Shown one piece after another: positions 36,517-50,054 of a DNA stretch of 64,000 bases. The translations under genes and the position numbers were made by a program. Each line of letters opens with the position of its first letter. Position 1 is the stretch's first letter. The DNA comes from Asterias rubens (Eukaryota): contig NC_047076.1 in the NCBI RefSeq assembly GCF_902459465.1, positions 8,060,001-8,124,000 of the forward strand. The letters are read 5' to 3'. The notes under the pieces were generated by a model. It did not search any database, was not told the origin of the DNA, and saw only the letters and a list, made by a program, of their open reading frames with translations.

Positions 36517-37893
36517 AGACCCCTTGCATGTGACATCACATGCTTAAAAAAAGGCCCTCACTGGGGTCAAAAAGCCCCTTTACTGGGGTCAAAGGAGGCA
36601 AAAGATTGGACGATAGGTAATCTTTCTGCGTGAAAACGTGCGCGTCAGTGCAGCGTTTCGAATTAAGTCGGTTCTATTCTGATAAAGCCTAAACTATGTA
36701 TTTGCTTTTACTAGATTTTGCTAGAGATCCCCCCTCCACACAATGCCACTGAACAGTAGTCGTTGTCCTTTGACTGAGTGAAACCCAAGGTAGAGCCAAT
36801 CTTGATGTGATGATTGATTGATGGGAGCTAGATTGTGACCAGGTGTACTAGGAATTAATGTGGGATATCCCCAGGATATGTCAGCAGTAATTCACCGTGG
36901 CAGGTACATGTATTTAAATACATGAGGGGGACAAGTTCATAGACTTGCTTTAAGGAGAAAATATTTGCTTAAAACATTTCTGCTTAGCAAAAATAAACTT
37001 TATACCATTCACAGATTGTACACATGAATTGTTTTAGCTAGTAAACCTTGCTTCCTGTAAGCATAATTTTGTTGTGATAGCTATTTGTTGTGCTTAACTA
37101 GCTCAATGAAATTGTGGGGGGATGGTGGTTCCGTCTGACTATACATTTGAGAATTTAGCTGATTATGGCAAGGGCTTAATTTCATAGAGCTGCTTTGAGG
37201 GTTTGGAGGACACAAAGCACATAATCCACATATTTGCATTAAACTTACACAGTTTAAAGATAATGAAGGTAAAAAGCTCCACTTCAAGTATCACTTACTT
37301 AGGTGCTGTAGTTTTTGAGAAATGAGTGAAACAACTTGCAAAAAATAATTTGAGCCGAAAATTATTTTAGCATGTAAAACGGTATTGAACACTTATGGTA
37401 ATATACCCAACTCATACATTTTACATGCTAAAACTGAGGCCAAAATTAGGACATTGTGACAATTTGGTGAACTTTTTTTACTCATATCTCAAAAACTACA
37501 GCACCTCGGCAAGTAATATTTTCAGGGAAGCCTTCTACTATCATTATTATCAAACTGTCACAGGTTCAAACCATGTTTTGAAAATTTTTCTGTGATCCCC
37601 CCCCCAAAAAAAAAAAAAAAAAATTGGATGAAAGTTGGATTGGATGAAAATTTTATGAAATTTGTGGTTTATTATTGACAAACATAAAAAGGACAGAGAA
37701 AGTTCTTCAGTAAAGGTGTTCATTTTTACAATTCCAGTTTAAAGATGAAAAATAGAGCACAAAATACTCACAATTCATCAGTGACATTTCACCACTAGCA
37801 AATCCAAAACTAGTATTTGAACAGACATTCCTAATGAATCTATTCAAGAAGTAGAGAAAGTTATTGTCAAGATTTTGTGCAGTCCAGGGGTGG

Positions 37894-38052
37894 ATTTCAC
37901 AAAGGTAGTCCTAATTTAGGACTAGTCCTAGGCAATGCTAAGATATAGGACTGGTCCTAAGTTAGGACCAGTAACTCATCCTAACTTAGGACCAGTCCTA
38001 TCTCTTAGCATTGCCTAGGACTAGTCCTAAGTTAGGACTACCTTTGTGAAAT
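37894..38052. mobile_element. Near-perfect palindromic MITE (ATTTCACAAAG family)
   Basis: ATTTCACAAAGGTAGTCCTAA...TTAGGACTACCTTTGTGAAAT. Relatives occur at 21262-21350, ~30185-30325 and ~52090-52258. Confidence 0.85.
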
Positions 38053-38224
38053 GAGAAAGTTATGAGCTAGCGTGGAACTTACACAATTCAGGCCTTTGAA
38101 CTTGAAGCTCTGAAGGGCATTGGCCCCTGGTGAAAAGTTGTTGAATAGCACTTCTGTAGTGAGTGTTTATAAATCCACTTGACCCCTTGGGACGTCCCAA
38201 GACCTTGCTGAAGGAACCAGAGGC

Positions 38225-39285
38225 TAAAGTGTCAGTGATGAGAAAAACGGCAAGATTTATCTTTGTCAATTTTTTATCCCCCATAATCGGTCATGAAATA
38301 TTTACTTGGTCAGTCGGGCCGCGCTTTCGGTAGAGGGGACCCTTTGGTATATTTGTACAGTTTAGTGTTATACCATGGAGATATCGAGCTCTATAAACAG
38401 TGACCATTGTTTTTGTAATAAACACTATGGTGAACTCTGGCTGAGTTAGGCCAGTGGGTCAGTTGTGAAATTACTCCCATGTCCTTTTCCATCGTGGTAG
38501 TCACGTGGTCATTCATTGGACGGGTTTACTCGTAATTCTGTTAGAGAGAGGGACCAGTTGCTTAAGTGTCAGTGATGAGAAAAGAGGCAAGATTTATCTT
38601 TGTCAATTTTTTATCCTCGTAATCGGTCAGGAAATATTTACTTGGTCAGTCGGCAGTGCTTTGAGTGGAGGGACCTTTTGGTTGATATTTTTTGAATTTT
38701 GAGTGTGATGCCAGATTTTTCTGTATACTGAGCTCTTTCTTATAAACAGTGACCATTGTTTTTATAATAAACACTATGGTGAACTCTGTCTGAATTAGGC
38801 CAGTGGGTCAGTTGTGAAATTACTCACATGTCCTTTCCCATCATTCCAAAAACTGCTGTTTAAATAGTTTTTGTTGGTGGTCATCTGGTCATTCATTGGA
38901 CGGGTGTACTAATAATTATGTTAGAGAGAGGGAGCAGTTGCCAAAGTGTCGGTGATGAGGAAAGAGGCAAGATTTATCTTTGTCATTTTTGTATCCCTCG
39001 TAATCGGTCAGGAAATATTTTCTTGGTCAGTCGGGCTGCGCTTTTGGTGGAGGGGACCCTTTTGGCATATTTTTTATACATTTTAGGGGGTATAGCGAGT
39101 TCTAAAAAAAGTGACCATTGTTTTTATAATAAGAACTTGGTGAACTCTGTCTGAATTGGGCCAGTGGGTCAGTTGTAAAATTACTCCCAGGTCCTTTTCC
39201 ATCATTAAAAAAAAAAACTGTAAATAGTCTTTGTTGGTAGTTTGTGGTCATTAATTGGATGGGTGTGTTAATAATTCTGTTAATA
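38225..39285. repeat. ~340-380-bp tandem repeat x3
   Basis: gtgtc(a/g)gtgatgag..aa..ggcaagatttatctttgtca restarts at 38229, 38566 and 38946. Confidence 0.88.
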
Positions 39286-39359
39286 TTTTTCTCTATTCAT
39301 GTACAAATTTATCAACTTGTACATCAGTATGCATAATAAATAAATTTGCAGGTCTTGTG

Positions 39360-39850
39360 TTAAAGGGAGGGTATGTTTTTGGAAATTACTCCAAAAGTTA
39401 ATGGCCATAAAAAAATACTTTGAAAGAAGCAATGCAGAGCTCTGTAGATAATGTAGAAACAATTCTCTTCAAAGAGATGTAGTTTTAAGAGAGAGGGATT
39501 CAAAACCGCTTCAATCTGCATGAAACATTTCTCAGATTTTAGTCTCCAATTACATTACGGATTATTCGTCCGGCGTGTTTTTTTCGCCAACTATCTCATA
39601 AAATCATATAAAATCGACAGTTAAAAAAAAAGCGAAGCTACACTTTCCCTTACAGCTGCTGCAGTTTTGTTTAGCTGATTTGCCATTCTATTCTTCTGAG
39701 TGAGACCGAACCAAAACTGGAATCGTTTAAAGGATTGACGCCCAACTTCCCCGTTGTTTGTTAAATTGTAATCATTCGTGACTACAGATGTTTGATCAAG
39801 ATTATGAATATATCCCCTCACAGGTGTTCCTCAAAAATCCTTCTGCACCT
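39360..39850 (+). mobile_element. Kolobok-like non-autonomous element fragment (right end uncertain)
   Basis: Starts TTAA-AGGGAGGGTATG. No matching right TIR was found. Confidence 0.4.
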
Positions 39851-42559
39851 TTGGCTGATTTTTATAAGTGCACATTCCACAAATTTCACTTTGCTCTCAG
39901 ATCAGCAGCCAATTTCGAAGAGCTGCTTAAGCAGAAATTATTGCTTAACATTTTCTGTTAAGCAAAAAAAAAGGAGGGAGCCAGCTACAGATGGTACATA
40001 TCTGACATTCTATTGATTGTGGCTCTTATTATTATTCTGGTGAGCACATTTTTGTTGGGCTAAAGTTGCTTTGCTGAGAATGGGCACAGAGCTCATTAAT
40101 AAAAGCTGGTCAGCACAAATGTTTGCTTATTACAGAAACATGCTTAGCAGATACCGTCAACCAATCAAAATGCCATGCAATTCACAATTTTCTTCCTTAT
40201 GTTAGCAAATAAATCCACTTAGCATTATCAGGTATGAGTTTTGGCCGCAGGCTCAGTAGCTGCTAAGCTAAAGATCTTTGTTTGCTTAGCATTTCTAGCG
40301 TGGGAATCATTGACAAACAGTATTTTTTTTTAAATTACACACTTTTGCCAAGCATCGTTGCTTATCTAATTTGTGTTTTGTGGCATGACACAACTAACAC
40401 AGTATGTATACATTAGGAGTCTGTTGACGTATGAAAGCTTTGGAATTTAATTGTGATTTATTCGTCTGAAACTTGTTGTGAAGAGATGGAAATTTATTGG
40501 TCCACCCCTATTCACCTTAGTCAGACACTCCCTTTTATTCGATAAATAATTTTTTAAAATTTGTAATCATTTTATACTTTTATCGCTACCTTTGTCCTGA
40601 GGTGGGGAGCATCGAGATGCTGTCATACCACAGCAATTTTTCAGACTTGTCATTTTTTTTGTGGTAATGGCTTCAAGTTTTGGCCTACCGGAGCCTTTCT
40701 CAAGCCTGTGGAACTGCTGTGTCGGGGTCAACAATATGAGGGGATTCTCCTTTCTGCAGCTATACCACAGGCCTGTTTGGTTGTTGTAGCATTCTTCTTT
40801 AGATGGGGGTCAAACATTTGGTGCTGATTTTTACTTTTGTTATGCCTTTTAATGTAATTTAGAAAATTTAAAACAGTTTATAGATTTCTGTTTTCGCAGC
40901 AATTAGCATCATCATCTTTTTCTTGTGGTCGGAAATCTTAGTCAAAAGTTTTTGGAAAGAGTGTTTTATTTTAGTATTTTTTTTCCCCTTCCAATTACCA
41001 TCTCATAAGTAGACAGGATGATTGATTCCTGCCATCCTTAATCAATCCAAACATACCTGACTTAATTAATGGATCCAAACCAATTAGACACTTCTCTTTG
41101 ATAGCGTTTCCTTCAGAGAGTATTTTTGGAATCAAAGAATCCCCAGGACCATCCACCGACGCACAATCCCTTAACATCAGATTTCCCAATCTGTCAATCT
41201 CAAACGGCACAATTTCAGATGACCCCCCTATTCAGGATATGTATTTAATACAAACTTCCCGCCCCCTTGTTATCCTAACCCGACTGTCATCACAGGAACC
41301 CCCACGCAGTGCCCATCGGCTAAAAACAAGTCATTGAAAGTTGTTAGGCTTCATCAATTTGTCCTTTACTCATCAAAACTGAAATGCCATTGCAGTCAAC
41401 TCCTTAAAAAAAAAGCAACTTTTGAGAGTCGCCTCAAAAAACAAAACAAAACTTTTTGAGACCGCCCTTTTCCCCCTTCTATCATTTTCCTGTGTGTTTC
41501 TTCCCAAAACAAATCCAACCCACAATCCAAACACACATGACTCCCCCTGTCTGGTAAGAGTTATACCCAGCCATATTTTGCCTCTTCTAATGACGTTTTC
41601 TCTCTGGCTAAATTACCTGTTGAGAAATCAGAACCACCTTTTTCACATTGACTCCTTATAGCATGGATCCTGTCCCACCACAGTGAGACACTTTGCAAGC
41701 TCCTTTGAACTGACACAGTTCTATTTGACCCCCAGTCCCGTACTGCAACATTGGGACGGGACGCATACTCTGTCCTCATCTGCCCCTTACTCTTATGCAG
41801 TTTGACCTTTACCTTCCTCCTTTGGTCTCCACGGTTTGGCATAGTTTTGCTGACCCCAGACCAGGGCCCATAGACTTTCTGACTTTAACTACCTCAAACT
41901 GTAAACACCTGTGTGTGTAATGCCTGTACCCAACGATTATTCCACTCATACTCCACACAGCTCCCCACCCCACCTGCTAGAGTTGGCAACCTGCGATATG
42001 CTGATTTTGCCCCCACCCTTCACATGTGCCACCAAGGGTAACAACCAACACACCCCTAACTTAGCTCATGAGTTTGCAGTATGTCAAACAAACCCAGCAC
42101 CAACTAATCAAGAGCTCATTACCACCCCCCCCCCCCCCCCCCCAACTCCTACCAACCCCCCCCCCAACCCCCGCGAAAAAAAAAAAATTATATTAAAAAT
42201 GCACACACATTAACATCCAACAATCCTTAAGTATTGTCACAGCCGGCAATCTACCCAAAATACACACTGTTCACACCAGCAATAAATGGTTCCCCCTTCA
42301 CAATATTTTACTATGTGTACCCCAAACCAACCCCAATAACAAGAAGCATGCCCAACATACTTGTACATGTCGCCCAAATACTGCACAACCCGTGCCTCGC
42401 CCAAGTGTGGTCCCCATCATCTCATCCCACCAGACTCTAGTTTGCCAAGCAGAACGCAAATACCACAGGGTGCTAACCACCCCACCAGTCTGCTGTATGC
42501 CTTAATAAAACCCCTGTGATCCCTCCCCAACCTGAAAGGTCTCCAGTTTGCCTCACCCA

Positions 42560-43445
42560 CCCATGACCACCCAACCATTAAGTGGTTCTTACCACCTTTG
42601 CTTCCTTCCAAAATCGCATGCCCATGACCACCCAACCATCAGAGGTGACAACCCTCCACTCACAACCGACCAACCTACCCCTAACCCCCCTGCCCCGCCC
42701 CCCCACCATTCTGCAGTCTTTTTAAGCCTATGACCACCCAACAATCCCCACCCCACCACCCTATACATAACCAGTGTGCAGTCTTCTTATAAGCCCATGA
42801 CCACCCAACCATCAAGAGGTAACATTCCCCTCCCCTCCCCAACCAACCCTCCCCTCGCCTCCTGCCCCACCATCCTAAACCCCACCAGTTTACCTAATAA
42901 GTCCCCACCCCGACCACCCAACCATCAAAGGTTATAACCATCCCCTCGCCTCCTACCCCACCACCCTAAACCCTACCAGTTTTCCCAATAAGCCCACCAT
43001 GACCACCCAACCAACCCTCCCCTCGCCTCCTACCCCACCATCCTAAACCCCACCAGTTTACCTAATAAGTCCCCACCCCGACCACCCAACCATCAAAGGT
43101 TATAACCCTCCCCTCGCCTCCTACCCCACCACCCTAAACCCTACCAGTTTTCCCAATAAGCCCACCATGACCACCCAACCCCCCCCCCCTCGCCTCTTAC
43201 CCCACCATTCTAAACCCCACCAGTTTACCTAATAAGTCCCCACCCCGACCACCCAACCATCAGATGTTATAACCCTCCCCACGCCTCCTACCCGGGCCAC
43301 CACCCTTAACCCCACCAGTGTGTATTCTTCTTAATAAGCCCACCACGACGACCACCCAACCATTAAAGGTGATAACCAAGCTCCCCCTCCCCCTCCCACC
43401 CCAACACCCCAGCAGTAAAACACCCTGTGGCCACCCAACCACCCA
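42560..43445. repeat. C-rich minisatellite with higher-order ~168-bp dimer
   Basis: GACCACCCAACC anchor at 42912, 43001, 43080, 43169, 43247 and 43350 (spacings 89/79/89/78/103). Confidence 0.88.
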
Positions 43446-44023
43446 GAGGTGATTGACCCTCACCTTGGCCTCCACGAGGTCCCAGTCTGTCAGGGACACA
43501 GTTTTCATGACCCCCGACTGCACCAAATGAAACTCCCCGCCCATTTGTCAATAGAGATTAGGCAACCAGTGCCAATTTGCCGGTGCACCCTTGGCGGAGT
43601 CGGGAAGCTCAGGGATTCGATTAGGAAACAACGTGTCAACGACACACGGGTGATAGCTCTTGTTGCCTCGGGCCAATCCTCATGGGGGGATTTGTGAGCT
43701 CGTAGTGAAAACATACAAAGGCCAATATCGTGCGCAGTCCAAGTTCCTGAAATTGTAAAAGACGGGAAATTGTTCTACGTGCTCCTCGTTAAAATAAAGA
43801 AAGGACCTTTTTGTCTGAATAAAACGTGCATTTAAATAAAAAATGGATGAAGTAAATCATATTGTTTGTTTCCTTAGGTTTTATTTATCTTCCAAATCTT
43901 ATCATTGAAACGGCTTTCTATTGTATTTATGTAACCAACCGAAAGTGGTATGTATAATTTTTTCACCTTTACAAATGATAAGGGAAAACACCTGTCATCA
44001 CAGATAAAGGTGTTTTGTTCACC

Positions 44024-44024
<1 letters not shown>

Positions 44025-44079
<55 letters not shown>
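44025..44079. repeat. Poly-C homopolymer (55 nt)
   Basis: Uninterrupted C run. Confidence 0.9.
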
Positions 44080-44727
44080 ACGGAGGAATGTTCACATTTT
44101 ACATACTTTTGTTATCGTTATCTTGATGACTTAAAAACTAGATGATTTGAACGAAAGTTCTTTCCCACACACCAAGCTGGTCTTTCCAATTAAGAATGAT
44201 TGTCTTTACTGTTCTATTGTGTACTGTTTATGCCTATTGTTAAACCCCTTGGCTAAAAAAAATAATTATTGTTTACCAAGTGAAGTTCGCAATCATTTTC
44301 TTTTCGGAAGCTACCAATTGACTATCTCTAGAAGGATCTAGAGACATTTTGGAGGCTTTCCAACAACCGCTAAAAGTTGCAGGTGAGAAAAATGCCAAAC
44401 CACAGCTGAACTCTCCGGAAAAATCTAGTGGATTCCGGCCAAGACCGGTAAATTGTTGAATTCCTTTGCACACCCATTGTCTTATCAGGAATGTTATCAG
44501 AAAATAACAAGCATGAGAAAGCCCTGCAGACAAGATAAATTTTGGGATTGATTGGCGAAATATTTTGTTGTTATTGTTTTTAAAAAGGAATAAACTTGGC
44601 AAACTGCTTACCAAGCTAAGTAGGATTTGAAACTTTGCATGGTGGAAATACAACATGGTAAGGTTTGCGGTAACACCATGTAATGACTATCTCTAATGAG
44701 TTGGGGTGGTTCTTAAAAGAACCATTG

Positions 44728-44773
44728 GTTTCAACTCGACGTTTCGGTCAGTATGCTCTGATCGTCTTCTGGA
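44728..44773 (-). ncRNA. Degenerate minimal hammerhead motif in a Penelope-type repeat (repeat spans ~44655-44773)
   Basis: Minus strand C-CAGAAGA-C-GAUCAG-agcaua-CUGACC-GAA-ACGU-C-GAG. Palindromic ACGU with a GUC triplet; core is U4A and stem I has only 2 bp. Confidence 0.45.
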
Positions 44774-45115
44774 CGATCAGTGCTTATACCAAGCTGTTGT
44801 ATTGGTAAAAATGCAAATAATGTAAAATTGATTTGTGTTTCAACCCTACCAGAGTCTTTGGCTATTTCTGAATTGGCTATGGCTACTTCTGGATCACTGT
44901 CATCGTGTATTTAAGTATAGGTCTTCCTTGGCAACAACCTTAGCAACAGTCGTAGCCGTAGCTATAGTAGCAAATTCGGATACAGTATTTTTTTGCTTGT
45001 TACAAAACCAAGGGGTCCTCAAAAGTGGCTATCAATGTGGGCCTAAAGATAACTTTGATTTACAGATAATGATGTGTAGTGTTCAGATAGAGAAGAAAAT
45101 AACCCATCACTTTTA

Positions 45116-45502
45116 TTAAAGACACTGGACACAATTGGTAATTGTCAAAGACCAGTCTTCTTACTTGGCGTATCTCAACGTATGCATAAAATCACAAACT
45201 TGTGAAAATTTGAGCTCAATCGGTCATCGAAGCTGCGAGATAATAATGAAAGAAAAATAACCCTTTTCACACAAAAGTTGTGTGCGTTTAGATGGTTGAT
45301 TTCGAGACCTCAAGTCCTTAATCTGAGGTCTTGAAATCAAATTCATGGAAAATTACGTCTTTCTTGAAAACTATGGCACTTCAGAGGGAGCCATTTCTCA
45401 CAATGTTTTATACAATCAACCTCTCCCCATTACTCGTCACCAAGAAAGGTTTTATGTCAATAATTACTTTGAGTAATTACCAATAGTATCCACTGCCTTT
45501 AA
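45116..45502 (+). mobile_element. MITE family K1 copy
   Basis: TTAA-AGACACTGGACAC...CCACTGCCT-TTAA. Confidence 0.85.
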
Positions 45503-46256
45503 ATTAGATTTCTAATTAACAATGTATAGACACAATTTTTTCAAAGAATTTCTCACAAGAAACAAACTCATATGTACTTTGGGTTCACTGTGGGACTTTC
45601 TGCAGGTGAACGGTCTTTCAAGTCTGTCCGATCGAAACCCAATACCGCGTTGGGCTTTGCTCCAGTCTGGGCATCCGGTGTGAACCAAATCCGCAAATTT
45701 GGTATACATTTGTCGCGACGACATACAAATTGATGGAAAAATAACTACATGTATTTGCCTATCCTCTTGCCGACAGACGGCATATTTTGTTTACGCCTAT
45801 CTGTTGATGGCGTTGTGTCCCTATGGCATTAAACACAAGTTTGAGGAATCTGAAACATAAATTACAAGTAGTTTACAATAACAGCTCAAGACAAGCAGAG
45901 TATACTGTTTGAAATGTCGCAACCACAACGGCTCTTTTCAGAGCCAACACAATAGATTTAATACATGGTTGTACCGGCAAATACACTGTGTTATAGTCAC
46001 TTCTTATTGTTCACACCGGGCAAATCTTCAAACACCACTTAATTACAGCTCAGTTATAACAGGTTTGAAATTACATAGAGGCCATAGCCTAGGTGCCCAT
46101 GTCTTGGCCTTGTTGCCCCTGTCTTGGCCTCGCTGCCCCTTCAGATTTCCCATAGACTTTAAGATTTGCCAGTGGAAGTGCCCCTTGCAAAATGATAATG
46201 GCCTTGCCCTCTCAAGGATGAAATTCCAAGCCCTTGAAACTAATTTGTATGAAGTC

Positions 46257-46631
46257 TTAAAGGAAAGGTACATGTTTAGGAACTGTCAAAGACCAGTCTT
46301 CATACTTGGTGTATCCTATCATTAACATAAAATAACAAGCCTGTGAAATTTGGGCTCAATCGGTCATCGAAGTTGCGAGAAAATGATGAAAGAAAAAACA
46401 CCATTGTTGGACGAATTTGTGTGCTTTCAGATAGGAATAAAAGACTTTTAGCTAAAAGTCTTTTATTGTTTTAGTGAGAAATTACCTCTTTCTCAAAAAC
46501 TACGTTACTTCAGAGGAAGTTGTTTCCCACAATGTTTTATACTATCAACAGCTCTCCAATGCTCATTACCAAGTCAGTTTTTAAGTTAATATTTGTTTTG
46601 AGTAACAACCAAACGTGTACCTTCCCTTTAA
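46257..46631 (+). mobile_element. K1-related MITE subfamily with a different TIR
   Basis: TTAA-AGGAAAGGTACATGTTT...AAACGTGTACCTTCCC-TTTAA. Internal sequence is homologous to K1. Confidence 0.8.
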
Positions 46632-49600
46632 GTTCAAAAGTTTTTGAGAGAAGTTCTCAAGCCAAGTCTCAAGTTTTACCTTCCAAGAGCAGATCTCAAC
46701 TCAGTCTCTGTTTTTCCCAAGAACAAAAACTTATACCCAACGTAACTTTGTAATTAGTCATAAACTGTCTAATAGTGTCTTGTACACAAATTATTGCCCA
46801 GAGACCAAGAAGGGAAAGTCGCAGTTTCTGGGAGACAAGTCAGATGTAAAGTTTCAATTAAGCTCCTAGTCTGGTACATTGAGTTTGACACATTGTGTTT
46901 TTATGTTCTACAAATGGAAGTAGAAAAATATAAAGTTACATCATTATTTTGTTTATGGTGACCGTGGGGGTCAGAAAAACAAATAAATTTTCAGAATCTC
47001 TGTGAAAGACAACTTTTGCTGCTTAGTCTGGGAAGTTGCTAAACTCATAAAAGTTCTGTTTAGCATAATTAGGTTACCATCTTCAAATGGCATGCAATGT
47101 ACCTTGCTTGCCACTGGTGTCCCGCAAACACTTAATTAACAAGTAATTAAGCCAGTTAAGCACTTTTGTCAGTAAAGATGTCATTAACACAAAGGGTTCA
47201 TAGAGCTCCTTAAGCAGAGAGTTATGCTTAACGCCTTTCTGCTAAGCAAAATTGAGCGGGATACCAGGAACAAATTGTAGGCCCTACATGACATGGTACT
47301 TTGGCTGGTAGCCTTATTCTGGTAAGCATGATTTTGTTGTGCTAAGCTATTTTTTGTGCTTAAGCAGCTCTATGAAATTGGGCCCTGCACTTAGTTTCCT
47401 GATTAGGTTCATTATACCCTCATTTGGGTATAAGATAGATCCAATCAAGGTATATACCCTAGTCGAGATAGTATGTGTGACTAGCTAACACACTAATACT
47501 TGAAACAATTTCTGTCTTGACTATCAACAATTCTCTGGACATTTTTTTTCTTCAGAAAAAAAATCCGTCAGGGGGTAAAGGCAAAGGTAGTTCATCACTC
47601 AAACTTGGCCCAAAAACCTGTGACTTTTCCCCCATGTATGCAGACTTGTGTAATCATTCCAAATGACATATACAGCACGTCTCTAATGGGAAGTGTTTTC
47701 ACTCAGCACTTGAGTATTAGTCTGTCTGGGGGCTTAATATTCTACATATTCCCCCGAATTAGGAGGCTGGTTAACCAGCAATTCATTTCTTACGCCATTT
47801 CCGAAGGGGGTGGGGGGTGGTCGGTGGTGCCATGGGGGGAGTGCCCGCCCAGGGATTACGAAGGCTTCAGAACTAAGGTGTTGTTTTCCCTACCATGGGA
47901 CATGGCATTTCTTTCATTTCTGTCTCTTTTTTTCTTTTTTTTTCTTGTCTTTTATAAGCAAAGCGTGTAGAAGTCACTGTAAATGGGTCGTTGGAGAACA
48001 TTGTACCTTCGCTCTGGTCTTGACTTGCCAAGAGGCTTTAGATGGATTTTTTGATGTATATTTCTTTAGTTTGAGGGAGATTTGATGTTGTGATTTTTTT
48101 TCCCGCCTTATTGACTGGGGATGCTGTTGGGGAAGAAATAATGGCAAAATATTGTTCACCCATTCCTAAAGCAAAAAGAGTTATATAGCCTACATTTTGC
48201 ACCTCACCAGCCCAACCCCTTCTCACCTCACTCCCCTTACCCCCACCTCACCCCCTACCCCAACCCACTCAACCTGAAAGTGGTCCTTGGCCCTCACAGC
48301 TTCAGACTTAGCAGCAAAGCAAGGGATTTCGCTAGTTCATAATTTAAAGAGAATACAAACTATTATGATTGGCAGTGACAAGTCTGATTGGAATTGACAC
48401 ATCGGTCTTGTTCGTAACCATTGGTTCCCTATAAACAGACAACGATTGTACACTTACTGTGGTCAGGTTTGGGAACTGCACCCCAGTGCCTCACACCAAA
48501 CAAAGCAACATTGCACATATAAACCCAGGGCCCAATTTCATAAAGCCTGTAAGCACAAAAACTGGCTAAGCACAAAAAATATAGCTTGACAGATACAGGT
48601 TATCAGCCAAAATTACATTAGTTTACATTGTTGTGACTGGTGTCCCACTCGGTTAGGAAAGACATTTTAAAAGCAGCTCTATAAAAGTAGGCCAAGGATT
48701 CATGTCCCAAAAAACTGGCCGCTCTTCTTTTCTGTCCCGGACGACATTTGTGAAACATTCTTCTTACCACTTGTAGGAAAGTACTGTGTCTCATTACCCT
48801 TTTAAAAACACCTATATAAATCTCATCTTTTTACAAAACCAAATTTTTCTGCTGTTATGTTTTGTTCTGTTTTCTATTGCGCCTGTGATTAAGTCCTATA
48901 TTATGTAAGTATCTGACTTCCTGATTTTGTTTTGTAAGACTTCATATTGACTTTTTGCCCTCTCCACAATAAGCCAGAATGATGGGAACTCTCAGTTTAA
49001 CCATGGTTTAACGAAGCCACTGCCCCTTACACAAATTGCGGTGGTGAAGTTTACTCCCACTATTGCTGTTTTCACTTTGTGTACACTGTCCAGTCATGAC
49101 ACATTACATTTCACAGAGGACTAAGTAGAAAGATCTTTGGGAACCCCCCTCTTTTTTTTATTCAATCCCTTCCCCACCCCCATCTGTTACCACCTGTCAT
49201 CCCCTCCACCCCCCCCCCCCCCCCAATTTCAATCTTTGCTACCCTTTTTGAGCTACGCTAATTGGATTGTCAAAGGAAGTGTACAATTTTCCCTCTGCAC
49301 CAAAAGGACCCAGGTGGGGGGTCAAGAATATTGTGTCAAGGTTGTTCTGCCCCGTGTTCAGGAATTCATTTTTTTATTTTCAAGTTTCCGTGCTTTCCGA
49401 CGTCTCTGCCATCATTAACAGTTTTCAGGACTTTAGACGTTTGTACTCAGGAAGCTGTAAATGTCAGATTAGAAGAATTTGCGATCCTTGTACGTGGTTT
49501 GGAGAGAAACTTGAGAGATTTTGATAAGTGGGTGGTATGCCGTTATTGTTTAAATGCCAACGGGACATGGCCCCTCCTGGGAGTTTGCTTCAAAACGTGA

Positions 49601-50054
49601 TCTGTATAATCCTTTCAAGACTGAGCATTTGTAGTAGGAAAAAGTTTTTGGAAGGGAAAGGAACATCATGCCGTAAAAGAAATTATGGGAAAGGCCACAA
49701 ATTTGGAGATGTGTTTTAGATGAGAATAAGTAAGCAAACTCCCTAGCTTAATCGTGGATAACTCGAGAAAACAAAAACAGATTTTATCACTTTGGAAGAA
49801 ACAAAATTTTCAGAAAAATCTTTATACAAGTCAGATTAGTTTTTACAACTCATTGATTTTGTTTGGTTTCTTTCTATGTTGAGGGGAAGTGTCACAAAAG
49901 GGAAAATACAAATGATACTGAGGAAATAATTCAAATTAAAGCTCTTTTTGATTGGAAAACTTTCAACTAATTTACTGAAATGAAAACTGAAACAAGCAGT
50001 TTGATTAAAGTCGATGTTGTGGAGCTGAGAAAGAAAGCTACTTTATGAACCAAA

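Noticed and set aside
38225-39285. Regularly spaced repeats (also 42560-43445, 50055-50716) as a possible CRISPR array
   Set aside because: The whole unit is repeated with no unique spacers, there are no cas genes, and the context is eukaryotic.
43874-44095. Poly-Gly ORF
   Set aside because: It is an artefact of the 55-nt C homopolymer, whose length may itself be a sequencing error.
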